DNA of 62,268 nt, counting the filler, from Diploschistes diacapsis (lineage: Eukaryota): NCBI GenBank assembly GCA_023645945.1. It is 5 parts of 5 records of this genome, joined end to end, with 100 filler letters (N's around TTAATTAATTAA, not from the genome) between each part and the next. Parts side by side here need not be neighbours in the genome. Positions count along the whole stretch, not along the records: positions 1 to 12,382 come from JALAIB010000749.1; positions 12,483 to 24,864 come from JALAIB010000750.1; 3 more parts are not named here. One strand, written 5' to 3'. The notes below the pieces were generated by a model. The model was not told where the DNA came from. It worked only from the letters and a program-made list of their open reading frames with translations, and searched no databases. Every line of letters begins with the position of its first letter. Within the stretch, counting starts at the first letter, position 1. Of the stretch, positions 1-15,400 are shown piece by piece. The translations under genes and the position numbers were made by a program.

Positions 1-659
1 GAGGGGGGGTTATGGTGTATATAACACAACGCAACACAGCACACGTTATGATTCTTGTTGCGGCGATACTTTGGGTAAGTTACGCCAGCCAGCGCCGTGC
101 GTGCGTGCGTGTGCGTGTGCGTGGGGCCCGACCAGACCAGACCAAACCAGATTAGATCAGTCAAGCCACCCCCCCAGTCGTGTGGAACTGTTTTTTTTTG
201 CCCCATCCGCCCATCTCGCGCCTGCACTTTCGGGAATTGATTGCTTATGTTTCATCTTTTTTAGATTGCCTTTGTGGATGGACAGAGGAAGAGGGTCTGT
301 GTTTTTCAACACAAGATAAATCCAAGCATCGCGGGAGTAATTGGGTCGAGAAAAAAAAGGAACATGAGGAGCCTCCCCCGGAAATCCATGTAAAAAGGCT
401 ATATTGGGCGACTCAGATGCCTCCTAAACAATCTAACTATTGACCGTCTTCCAAGCCCGTACATGCATATACCGTAGCAGAAGGCTTCGCAGAATTCTTC
501 TTCTTATCCATGCTCTCGGCACGAGTGTACTTTTGCAGACATCGACCAGATCATCCTCGAGCATGAGCAAACTCTTTTTCCCCTTCTTGAATATCCACCC
601 ACTTTAGTAGTATCGGTCAGGCATCCCGCCACCACCGCAACCCTTCAGATGGCTCTGTC

Positions 660-3600
660 TCAATATCTTCCCTTGACCGCCTCCAAAATCAGTTCCTTCG
701 CCCTTTCCACCCCCTCCTTGCTTCCGTTAACTACAATCGCCTCCCCTCCGTCTCCCTCACCGGCCTTTGCGTTCCTACCGCCTTTTTTGTTAGGCACGTC
801 GATCCTGCATCCCGTCTCGGCGCGGACCCCGTTGATGCGCTCACCTCCCTGCCCAATGACCAGCCGGTAGCTCGACGGGTCGGGAAGCACCAGATACCCT
901 GTACAGGACGACACTTTTGCCCTCTCGAGTGCAGCCTCAAGTTGCATCTTTGCCTTGCTCAAAGCTTCGGGTGAAGGACCCCGAAGGATCCACGGGATCG
1001 TACCTTCCTCATTGGAAGAAGCGGCCGATTTGTCGACAAGGTCCCACTTGTACCCCTCTTCGCCGGTTCCTTCATCCGTGATAAGCGGAAGCGGAGTATC
1101 GCTCTTGCCGGACTGATTAGCCAAAGGCTTAGGCGGAGGTTGCTGCCCACCGTGGTCGACTGTGACTTTCAACTCACGGCGAAGCTTAACGAAAAAGTGT
1201 CCGTTGTCGGAGACCACATGGTGCAAAGACCGAGGCACCTCGATGGTTTCGCCCTCGACATCCTTGAACATACCCGATAAACGCTCCTTGGCAGGCGCGA
1301 TCTTGTCCGCCGGACCCGACAGCTTGATTTGCGAGCGTTGCGGCCCCTGAACGCTTTCGCGCGGAATTTCGATGGTGACGCCCAGCTCTGCTTCGAGTTT
1401 GCGCCGGGTCTCGCCACCGGGACCAATAAGATGTCGGTGTTTCTCCGTGGGGACTTCCACGGTATCAGACACTTGGTTCTCGCGTTCGGCCACGATCTTT
1501 TGGATCTCGGCTGCAATCTTATCAATAACAGCCTTGTTACCCTCAAGACGGATGGCGGTCTCTCCACTATCCGGCCGGGGAACCTTGACAATGCGGTTGT
1601 GTTCCTGGCCGTGTGTTGGACCGCCGGCTGCAGCTACGATTCCTTTGAGGGTTGTTCCTAAGAAAAAGCTCAGCCTTTATTCGCTGTCAAGGGAAACGGA
1701 CAAACCTACCAGATGGTCCAATGATGGCTCTGTGATGCTTCTTGTCCACATCGATAACTTTGGTCGTGCTGTCATCAAAAACTTTGGCTCTTCCCTGAAG
1801 AAGCGTCTTGGCATCCTCTACCTGTTTCCTGGTCCCTTTAAGCTTGATCTCGACCCTGCCAGAAGGGCTGACACCATCTCTTGCGCCCGGGACATCGATC
1901 TTGGCACCAGTCTGCTGCCTGATGTTCTCCATTTCCCGACCACCAGTACCAATCAAAGAAGGGAGCTGACCTTGAGCAACAGAGACGGTTCCGGAATGTG
2001 AGTTCTCAACGGTATACTTCAAAAGGCTTTCGAGCTCCTCTTTCGCGGCATCCGCTCCCTTTTTGGGTCCACGGATAACGACTTCGTCTGGTGCCTGGTT
2101 CGACCGGGCATTTCGGTGTCCGCCAGCTTCGCTGCCGTTCGCAACAGATCCATCATCGTCCTGATTACTGGCAGACCGCGGAAATTGCACACGAACGTTG
2201 TAGCGCTCTTGCAGTCGGTTGACCTGGCTTCCCCGAGCTCCAATCATTTCACGGTGGTACTGAGGTTGGATCTTGAGGACGTGTGTCGCTTCATCGTCCA
2301 GCTTCTTGCTCATCGCCAGGATCCTCGACTTTGCCTTTTCGGCCTTATTGGGAGGCCCTTTGATATCAACCTTGCCTTCACCTAAATGAATATCAACATC
2401 AAATTCCTCCCGAAGCTTGCTGATGTTTTCGCCACGCTTGCCTATCAAGAAGTTGGCATGCCTCTTTGGGAAATCGAAGCTTGTCATGTGGTCGCGTTCC
2501 AGCTCGTCCTGTTTCTCAGCTTCTACAAATGCCCGTATCACCTCGGCAAAAGGATCCAACCGATCGTTGGGCCCACGGATGATTGGAGCTTCGGAAGGGT
2601 CCGTGGGAGGAATGAATTGTATTGGGAAGACGCCTTCGGACAGGTTACGCTGTTCTTGACTCACGTGCCTGTGGACCTTGTCGTGGAACTTTTGCGGGAC
2701 TTCGACAGGACGGCTCTCGATTGGCCGCTGACCCGCGGAGAGATTCTGGATGATCTGCTCGGCTTGCCGCAGTGCTTCCTCGAAACGAACAGCGTCCGCT
2801 TGGGAAGGGCGCTGCCTGGGCAGTTCAAACGGAGTCCGAGGCTCGGACGCGCCTTCGTAGACGATTACCACTTCAGAGTCGTTCTCGTCGTCCGGAATGA
2901 CAAGATGCACACCATGCTGCTGACGCAACTGGTCCCGGTAATCGTCGCGCAAGCGTTGGTGATAGAAGGGATTCATTTCAACTTGTCGGAATCGTGACGG
3001 AGGATGAGCGTTGATGATGTTCGTAATGTCCGACTTGACCCTGTATCCAGTGGGTCCATCGCGCGAAAATACTTCCCAGTTCATTGGCGCACCGGACGGA
3101 GGCAGCACGATACGGGAATTGTAGAGTTGCTCCAGCTCTGCAAGTGCTTCCCGCTGCTTAAGGTAGTTTGTGATGGCCCGCGCGTGAGCTTGAGCGCCTT
3201 GTGGAGCATTATTGTGGAGCCTCGCAATGTCTATCAGCTGCTGCTGCATGCTCATGGCAAGATCGACGACACTGGCTTCTCCAAGGTCCAATCTGTCTTG
3301 CGGACCAACAAGAGTAACCATTTCGGTATCGTCGTCATCATGCGGCAAGATCACATAACAACCGGTGTCTTTGAGGAAATTGTTGTGTGAGTCTTGGTCA
3401 CCGAGTATGAATTGGTGTCGGTTGCGGTCGATAGGGAGTTGCTTGGTCATGAGCTGCCCCTGCAAAGCTTCGGCTTGATGCTCAATGTCAGCCCTGGCGC
3501 GCTGCACGGCTTCGCGGTCCCCAACGAGCTGGATATGACTGCTCGGATGAGGGGCCAAAATAGGTGCTTGTGTCTGCTCGTTGATTTTTGGCGGACCCTG

Positions 3601-4781
3601 GCGCGACCAAGAATGGTAAGCGGGGATCTTGACCTGTACCTCGCCGCCTTGCGTAAAGGGCTCAAGTCCGGAGTCAAAGGGCCCAGCAAGGAAAGGATAG
3701 AGCTCGGCAGGAATTTCCCGTAAGCGAGTGCTCATGGTGCTGGTTCTCTCCTTGACGATAGCCTCGATCTTGCGTCTTGCAATCTCTGCAGCGATGGGAT
3801 CGCCCTCAACTACGACGTCGATGGTGTGGTCGTCGTCTTCGTCCAAGCCTTGCACACTATCGTCTGCTTTTGGTACTTGAACATACGCTCCACTTTCCTG
3901 GATGATGTTTGTTATAGTTGCACCTTGGCGGCCTATAATGTACGGCCTGGCACTTGCCGGAACTGGAATCTTCACGGATTGCTACATCTCGACTCAGCAG
4001 TGACCTACAGCAAGTACAAGGCCGGGTTTGTTCTTACTTTTGCACCAACTTGCTTTGCAATTTCCCTGAGTGCTTGCTGTACAGTGTCGACAGACGGGCC
4101 AATGCTTTCGAAAGCAATTCCTCCGTCCTTGCCGTGCTTCATCTCAACTCTTGCCTTTGATTTCTTATTGATGTCTCGCAGCACGTCGGGTATCGGCTTT
4201 TTGAGTTGGTTGCGAGCCAGAAGCTGTGAGGGAGTAAAGTGTACAGTTTCGCTGTGCCTGCCAGGCATCTGCATTCTTGGCTGAGAGTTAGTGCTTGGCG
4301 ACAAAGGACCAGACACAGGCGTCGAGGTCCTTGAAGTTGGGCCGCTGGAGCCAGTTCCATTACCGTTCACGCCATTAGCCTTCCTAGCAACAGACGCCGG
4401 CTTCTTGGAACCCCACGCAGCAGGTACCGGATCAGCGGCACGTGGCTTTGGGCCACTTCCTAGAGCTGGAAATAACTCTTCAGACGTTGTGTCAAATGGT
4501 TGAGGTACAGCCTGTTTTCCTTGGTTTGCTTGACCTGCAGGAGCCTCTTCGACTTTCTGCTTTCCTTTGGCTTTTTCGGACAGAGGTGCCTCTTCGGTCT
4601 CAGCAGTGGATGTGGTGTTGGCAGGTACCGAAGATGAAGGAGGATGTGGCTTGTCTTCCTCGTCCTCCACTTCCTCCACAGTCGGATTATGGCTTTCTTC
4701 ATGCTTTTTCTGAAGCTTCTCGGCGAAGGATAGATTCTCACCATTGGCACCAGTGTCATCGACGGAAGACGCTGACGCCAT
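660..4781 (-). CDS. SCP160: Vigilin/Scp160-like multi-KH-domain RNA-binding protein (3 exons; introns 3982-4037 and 1658-1709)
   Basis: Many KH GxxG loops (IIGRQG, LIGKRG, MIGARG, LIGTGG, IIGPSG, LIGPGG, VIGQGG) across ORFs 4005-4796, 1687-3975 and 660-1493. GT-AG introns join these in frame. ATG of MASASSVDD at 4781. Confidence 0.93.
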
Positions 4782-6239
4782 GGCCGTAGGAGGCAAGCAG
4801 TGGTACTCGAGACAGGGAGCTCAGGCCCCAGATCTAATACAGGTAGTCAGTCTCCTCTGATTGACTCAATAGAGAGCGAAGGTAAGGCCGGTCGCGATAG
4901 AATGGCGACGATAGTAAGGTAGGGGAAAAGTTGCTTGATATGCTAATGGCTAAAAGATATACAGATGGTGATATAGACTGAAGGAGAGGCTCATGAGCTG
5001 TCCAGCCCAGATTAAGAGAGCATTTTTGCACCGAAAAAGGAGCTCAATTGATGGTGAGGAGAGAGAGAATTTGACAATGACCTCAGTGTAGTAGTCTGAA
5101 TGACTTCGAGTTGGCAGGTGCCGACATTGAGAAGGTTCAAGAAAAGATTGGAATATTCTTGAACGTCAACTTTCTTGGGCCGAAGGACTTGAGCCGGGCC
5201 GACTACTAAGCCGAAGTCATAAATTTATGCAACTTTATTCACTACTTACCGAACTCCGACAGCACTGGCACGTGACACAGAGCTGGAGTTGCCCGGACTT
5301 CGGACTTAAGCGGCTGTGGCTCTGTTGGGTGTTGCCCAGCTATTGTGCCCCAAGACCAAGACGGTATATAGCCAAGCGTCACTTGCAGCCGCCCTTATGA
5401 AGCCTCCCTGTCGAGAGGGTTTCGTGTAAATTTCCCAAGCATTCTTCTGCGCTATGCATGTCCTTATATCCTTATGCCCTTATGCGCCTCTCACAGACTT
5501 ATCATTAGCCTTGCATGTTACGTACAGGAACGCTCTGCACCGACATGTAATTTCCTGCAGCAGCATGAGACTATTGACTGTGCATCTAATTTCCCGTGAC
5601 GGTGGCTAGCTACGCGCAAACTTCAGTTCGGAAGGCCAATTATCTAGCCATGGTCTTGCCCTCGTCTCGTAGAGTAGAGCTTCGTAGCAAAACGATCATT
5701 CTCCTTGGTATTTCCAAAAAGTCAGTATAATCTAGTATAATATAAACAGTTGCAGGGCCGGTGATTGATAGCGATTCAGCGGCTCTTGATCGCTGTAGTT
5801 CGGTTCGTTCGAAGAACTGAATATACTTCTGTACATATAAGGGTGCAAGCCCGCAGGAGACCCTCGGCTTGTCGTGCTTAGATCTGGGAGCTCTAGACGC
5901 CCCAATCTCGCCAGTCTTCCCCGTACCAGGAAAGAAAACCTAGCGATCATTATAAGACGACGGCCCTGACAGCTTCACTCCCATTATTCCATCATCATTC
6001 ACAGAAGGTCATCACTCACACTCGCTCAATCAATCAATCCATCAATCAATCAATCAACCAACCCAAGACAGGTACATCCGCCAGTGCAACCCGCGCATTT
6101 CCGCATCTATTCGTTGTTCCAGTTACTGCGGGGGAAGAAGGAGGACTTTGAGCACGCAGGGCACGGCCACAATCCGACTCTGCTCCACGCTTTTGGCCAA
6201 CACCTCCATGAGCACCACTGACAGCTTACTGGAATCCCC

Positions 6240-8818
<2,579 letters not shown>

Positions 8819-9700
8819 TGACTTCCGACGAACTCTAACGAATGTTGGTTACGAAAGTGAAATGGTTTAATGCCGCTTCTTACTGCAGCTTCACGTTCAC
8901 ATAATCCATGTTCTGGACAGGGTCTTTCGAAAGTCGAATTCAACGGTCCTGGTACTCTACGCCGAATTCCCACCAAAGCATACCAGAGAAGCCTCACAGT
9001 ATCATCAAAGAGGACTCGCCTGTTCTGAAGACTACCATTCTCCCCTTCCGTTGCGGCGGAGCAGGATAGTGAACCATATTACGATTAGAAGCTTTCGGTT
9101 CTTGACCGCTTTGGTATGGCGTTAAGGAGGTCACGTTTGCCCTGGAGCTTCCATATACACGAGTACGATTGGAGCTTGGAATAGGACAAATACCATCTAT
9201 AAACGCACGGCACCGATGCTCGGTAGACAGCCGGCAGCCGGCATAGGGTAATTCCATAGTCTGATCATTCTGAATATAAAAGTTAAATGAACCTCTTTTC
9301 TCTCTACGTGCCGCTGGATATGTTGTTGAACAGGATTATGGGCCCACGGTGGCATATATCTAGTTCCAGCTCCAAACATTGTATATGGTAGTGGCCTGTC
9401 CGCTGTACATGCTGGCATATGTCCATACACGAGACAGTTCAAAGGCTTGACAAATCCCTATACAGTGTTTATCATTGCGTTCTTCGCATCTTGATCGCAT
9501 CTGGTAGTCGTTAGGGGTAGAGATTCAGCCTCAGCCACACCCACGCCTCAGGCGAAGCTCTTGACGCGGCCACTCAAACGTCACCGATCACTTCCCAGCT
9601 CCGCCATGATTAAGCTCATCACTTCAGTTCGTATATTTTTGACCTTTCTTTTTTAAATATACCCCAAGAATAGTTTTGAACCTCTTTGCTTCAGGCTATA

Positions 9701-12100
9701 ATGTTTCGAGCTCAGCAGAATGTCTTTGACGACGCTGTCGGTATGTGGAGGCCGAGTTATCGAGGTTGGCGGGAGCTTGCGCAGCTGACTTGACGCAGCG
9801 AAAGCGACAGATGAGAACTTGACTTCGGAGAACTGGGAGTATATATTGGTGAGGACCTTGCCATCACCTTACAGTGGACATGGTATTTGACTTTATTAGG
9901 ATGTCTGCGACAAAGCAAATGCGCATGAGTCTGGGTATGCCACGGAAATATGCATATGGGAGGAAACGGAAGCTGATCTTCCATTACAGAGCCAAAGATG
10001 TTGTCGCAGCGCTCATCAAGCGATTGGCGCATCGAAACGCCAACGTACAGCTATATACTCTCGAGGTACCTTCGATGCAAGCTTGGGTCAGGAAGGTCTG
10101 AGGCTAATCGAGCCTGATAGCTCGCAAACGCCCTAGTACAGAACTGCGGCGTCATGGTGCACAGAGAACTGGCGTCAAGGAGCTTTACCGATGCGTTGCT
10201 ACGGCTGGCCGGTGACCGAGTATGTGCATTGGCCCCTTCTAGATTATGAGCGCTAACAGTCCCAGAATACACATCAACAAGTCAAGGCTCGGATACTGGA
10301 AAAAATGGCAGAATGGACGGAAATCTTCTCGAGCAACCAGGATCTTGGGGTGATGGGTGACGCCTATCTTCGACTGAAAACGCAAAGTAAGCGCACTCGT
10401 CGTTCAGGCCCATCTGCTTAGTCTTATAGTCTCTAGATCCGAATCTACAGCCACCTTCGAAACCGACCAAACGCCAAATCACGAATGCAGACCGTCAAAA
10501 GGAGGAGCAAGAGTTGCAAATGGCGCTGGAGCTTTCAGTGAAAGACAAGCAACCTCAATCATCATCGGCAGCGCAGCAAGCTCCGCAAGGCCCTCCTCAA
10601 GCATCTACATCTCAAGCACCACCGCCGTCACAGCCACTCCCCTCTGGCACAACCGCCGCTACTGTGTCTCGGGTGCGCGCTTTATTCGACTTTCAGCCAT
10701 CAGAACCGGGGGAACTTCAATTCAAGAAGGGTGATATTATAGCGGTACTGGAATCGGTTTACAAGGACTGGTGGAAGGGCTCCCTTCGAGGCCAAGTTGG
10801 GATTTTCCCGTTGAACTACGTCGAGAAGCTCTCCGATCCCACGCCGGATGAGCTTGAAAGAGAAGCTCAGATGGAGGCTGAGGTTTTTGGGGAGATTAAG
10901 AATGTGGAGAAGCTGCTTACGTTGCTAAGCACGAGCAGTTCGGACCAGAATGTGAGGGATAACGAGGAGATTACGCAACTCTACCATCAGACTCTCGCCA
11001 TTCGGCCAAAGCTGATTGAGCTTATTGGGAAATATTCGCAAAAGAAGGGTAAGCGCCCAATTAAGCCGTACCAAAATCTGCGGAACTAACAACGGCAGAC
11101 GACTTCACTCAGCTCAATGAAAAATTCATCAAAGCACGTCGCGACTATGAGTCTCTACTGGAAGCTTCCATGTCCCAACCAGCTCCATCAGCGTACGGCA
11201 GAACCGGCTATCCTCCGTACGCGGGTGGCTATCCCCCCCACGGCCCTCCACCCGGCCAGGCCGAGCCAGGAAGATTCTACAGTCCCGACCCGAGAGGTGG
11301 GTATTACGATGTTTAGCTTATCTATCCGCTGACGACCCCAAGACAACCGCACTCACCAACCTCAAGGCTATCCACCTCAAAATGGCCCCCAACCGTTCCA
11401 CATGGCCTCCCAACCACCGCCTCAGAGTCAAATCCCTCACTCCTTTTCCAATCCCGACCACCGTAACTCTACCCCTTCCGGCCCACGTCCTAGCCAGCAA
11501 CAGCCACCATCACAACAACCTCCTTCAGATCCCTACCAAGCCCGCCGCCCCCAATCCACCTACGACAATCCCCAAGAACTGGCCAGCTACAGCACCCCCC
11601 AGCAGGAGCATCCGCAATCATACCAACAGTTTCCTCTCTCCTCTTCCTCGCAGCAGCCGTCACAACACTACCCGCAAGGCCAAGGCCCGCCCGGCGGCAA
11701 CCCGCAGTTCGCACCTCTCCAGCACACGCCGAGCAACGAGTACTCGCCCTCCATCTACTCCCCGGACGACGCAGACCGCCCGCCTCAGAATACCAACCCC
11801 GCGCCCCAGCCTTCTTACGCTCCGCCAAGCGCTCCACCACCCGATACAAGACCCGGTGCAGGACCGGGCGGACCAGCTGGCCCAGGTGGTCCGGGTGGAA
11901 GTCAGTTACCACCTAGCCTTCAAAGGCCGTATAGTAGCCAGTATGGCACGTATCCGGGGAAAGCGCCGAGTCCGGGCCCCGGGGGACAGGCGCCGTATCC
12001 GAGTCTAAGCGGTGTAGGGGTGGGGGCGGCGGTTTATCAGGCTTATGAGCCGCCGCCTGCGGCTGGAGCGGGAGCTAGGGCTGAGGGGTATTATCGATAG
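9701..12100 (+). CDS. HSE1: ESCRT-0 subunit Hse1/STAM (VHS, UIM, SH3, GAT-like, P/Q-rich tail), multi-intron
   Basis: Spliced N-terminus MFRAQQNVFDDAV/AKATDENLTSENWEYIL/DVCDK (VHS); UIM EEQELQMALELS; SH3 VRALFDFQPSEPGELQFKKGD...WWKG...GIFPLNYV; Pro/Gln-rich C-terminus ending GYYR. Confidence 0.93.
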
Positions 12101-12382
12101 GTGAGTAGGGAGGGTGTAGCAGGGCAAGTTAGAAAAGGGATCCTGGGTATGGCAACAAATAACAGAAGCTGGCGCCTTGCTGCTGTTTTTAGGCGTGTGT
12201 TACGATAGCGTGGACAGGGGCCTGCACTGCTGAGGTTTGCAAGCATTCAATTACTCATTCTATGGTGAATATGGTAGAGTCGTGACCCTAGTACCCGAAC
12301 ACATGATACAATAACAAAACTACAATAATAAATATTTAAAATAAAGTATCTCCCAAAATAATTAATTTAAAGCCCTATAAAT

Positions 12383-12482
12383 NNNNNNNNNNNNNNNNNN
12401 NNNNNNNNNNNNNNNNNNNNNNNNNNTTAATTAATTAANNNNNNNNNNNNNNNNNNNNNNNNNNNNNNNNNNNNNNNNNNNN
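12383..12482. other. Artificial contig linker N44-TTAATTAATTAA-N44
   Basis: 100-bp spacer with a six-frame stop core, identical at four positions. Confidence 0.99.
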
Positions 12483-15400
12483 GGAGCGACGGGGGGAGAG
12501 GTGGATGGTGGGAGAGGGGGGAGATGTGGCGCAGGCATGCAATCGATGGGGCTAATGGAGGAGTCGAGAGACGGGAGGGAGCGGAAGCTGGCTGGGGTGA
12601 AACGCATCGTGACATATATATATCTCCCGACGCCCGACGGCTCGGCTATCTAATCAACAGGACACCCAGCAGTCACGTGCCTGAAGTAATGAGCCCTGCT
12701 CCCAAAACACATCAAAGGCTCCCCATCTCCGAAATTAAAATATTGGAAATCGAGAAAAGATTGCAAGAACCATTTGAAAGTGCGACAGTCAACATACTAA
12801 ATTTCTGATTAAATTTTCTGGGTGCGATACCAAGTGATTAATAAACACGATAAAATTATTTTTTTCGATATGTACCCGCTGCCTGCCGCCAATTATTATT
12901 TTTTTTGGCGTGGCAGCGGTACGTTTCTCGAATCTTGATACGTAATAGTTTCACCAGAGCTTTAATAATTCGGGGGAAAAAAAAAGAAAAGACTGAAGGG
13001 GGATATATATATATATCTCTCTATAAGCTGCTTCAAATATTTTTTTTTTTTCAAGTTTTAAAGAGCCCTTGTTGGTGGTATGGGGCAGCTTCATAAAAAT
13101 TGGGGCCTCATTGCTTTTGACCCAGTACTTGTTGTACCTACCCCATAGCCATGAAATGCATGGCGATCGGTCAGATTGTGTTCGGATATCGTACTACTCT
13201 GCCTCCTAATGGCCCCCACCTGCCCCCCCATCAGGCAAATCTATCGAACACGTGGATACCCACCCAGACCTCAGAGAACGCTTTCGGAAACGTGCCAAGA
13301 CACCCCGTGTGCGTGTGCGTGCGCGCGCAAGCATATGTTTTGTAGAGCATCGTCAATATTCCGCATCCTCGTTGGCCGATGCGCGTGTGACCAAAGACCG
13401 TATGGTGTCGGCAGGGGTATGTGGTCTGTATGTTGGTAGCGCGCAGAGAGCAAATCAATGCCGAGCTATCGGTCATGGTCAACAGAAGCCTTATCTGCGA
13501 TTGAGGGAGAATGGGTGTAGTACATGTGCGTAAGTGCAGGCAGCGACCAAGTGGGGACACTGAGTAGTCCCAAGGTCGAGATGCCGAAATAAAGACCGTG
13601 TAAAAAAATGGATGGGTAAAAAGTGGATTGGTATATATCAAAAAAGCACGCAAGGGGAAAAAAAAAAGAACCAGAAAACTGGAATCAATGCTTCAACCTG
13701 TGTCCTTCTCCCTTTAGCCTAAGACGACGGGCGCTGCCGGCGCTTTACACGCATGCATCTGTACATCCTTACCCTCCCATGCCGATCGACTTCTGGCCTC
13801 GTTCCGTATGGTCAATGGTAGAGTCAACAAGAGCCCCGGGAAACCGAATACGCAGACAGAAATCAGCCTTTCGTTGAACGTTAAGCGTGTCCGTCTCTCT
13901 TTCAGCCCTCCGGCTTTACAAGACCTGTCCCTTTCGGTATCTCATGCGTAGGTAAAGCGAGCGTTGTTCTCTGTGTCTGTATATTTTCGTTGTCCGGGTT
14001 TCCTGGCCCTTAGTCTCGCTGGAGAAAGGGTAAAGAGGCCGGCAAACGAGAGGTTTGTTTGTCCCTGTTCCCAATGCCCGAGCTCTTGGACGCTTGAAGG
14101 GCAGAAGTGGCCAACAGATCCCATCATGACCATGAACATCCCCGACCTTTATGCGCCGCAAGCTCTCCCATTATAGTAGCGCCACCCTCGAGAGCTCTTG
14201 GAGCATTGGTCTATCATGTAGAATGGCACAGGGGCCAAGCAAGCTATTGAGCAAATGCTTGAATTCCATCCCTAGCGCCTGAGCTCTTGAATGTTCGGAA
14301 GATTCTTAAGAGTCAAAAGATCTTGTCTGGACTATAGTCACTAGTCCGGTGTATAGACGGTCCTGCTTTTGCGCTCCCTTGAAATACCGACGCTTCCCTT
14401 CGTCCCAAAACCATACCCTTTTTATCTATCGAGCAAAGTTCAACCGCATGATGCGAACATTATTCGAGCCTTCCAACTTACAAACTAATTTGTAACCGCT
14501 CGCATTGTTATATAAGGGAAGGGAGTAGGCGCTCCGCTTGTTCATAGCTCTGGCTTCAGATAATCTGCAGTAATAAGAGCACTCCAGTAGCCCTGCGCCA
14601 AGGAACTGCATTGGAAAAGGCCAAGTCACTTATCCGCGCTTGACTATAGGGCTGTGGATACATGCGCTGTCACACATTTCGTTACAGGACGCGATCATGA
14701 AGTTTGCGCTGGGTCGAGGAAAGGAGGAATGCCCGGCTCGGTCGGCTGGGTTGCGGAGGCTGCTTTGATAAAGTTGTACCCCACACAACGGTGAGAAAAG
14801 ACCCAGGAGGATCAGACTGGCAACTGTAGCAGCAACTGCTCGAGCTGTGCCATGGGAGTTTGCCTTATCGTGTTTGGTCCGTGGCATTGGTAAGGGCTCT
14901 ATAGCTAACAGCTTAGGGGTGCCGCAAAGATCTCGTTCCGACGGACGATAACCATCAAGACGCTGATCCGGAAGCTGAAAGTCATGACAACCACTCTTGT
15001 CCGGTGCCAAAAGCGTCGAGAAGGAGAACAATACTAGACGAGCAAGCTACCTGAGAAAGGAGAAGTATTCCGCACCACCAACGGCCTACAGAACGAGATA
15101 GCTGACACCGAGCCTCGGACAATCTCGGCAAGCACTTGATTGATGTGCATGCTGCTTACTTAAGCACGCCCCAATAGCTTAGTCATGCATATGTATCCAT
15201 TGACATCTGAAACGTTACGATTGGTTTGCCACAGTAACTGGAAGTAATACGCCTGCCTTGATGGAGCCAATGCTGCCGCCATGATACTTCCCAAAAGTAA
15301 TCGATGATCCGCAAGCTCAAACATCGGTTCATGACATGAAAAATATAGGCTGAATTCCTTGCAGATCGCGGTATGTAGGAGCCATTCATTTGCTAGCTCC

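Noticed and set aside
97..150. (GTGC)n and (ACCAG)n runs as a regulatory or Z-DNA element
   Set aside because: Short simple repeats near a contig end, with no supporting context.
1162..4789. Many plus-strand ORFs of 60-209 aa over the vigilin gene
   Set aside because: Antisense shadows of a long coding sequence; no recognisable domains.
12427..12438. TTAATTAATTAA recurring every ~12.5 kb as a biological repeat or array
   Set aside because: Always centred in 44+44 Ns; it is a six-frame-stop assembly linker.
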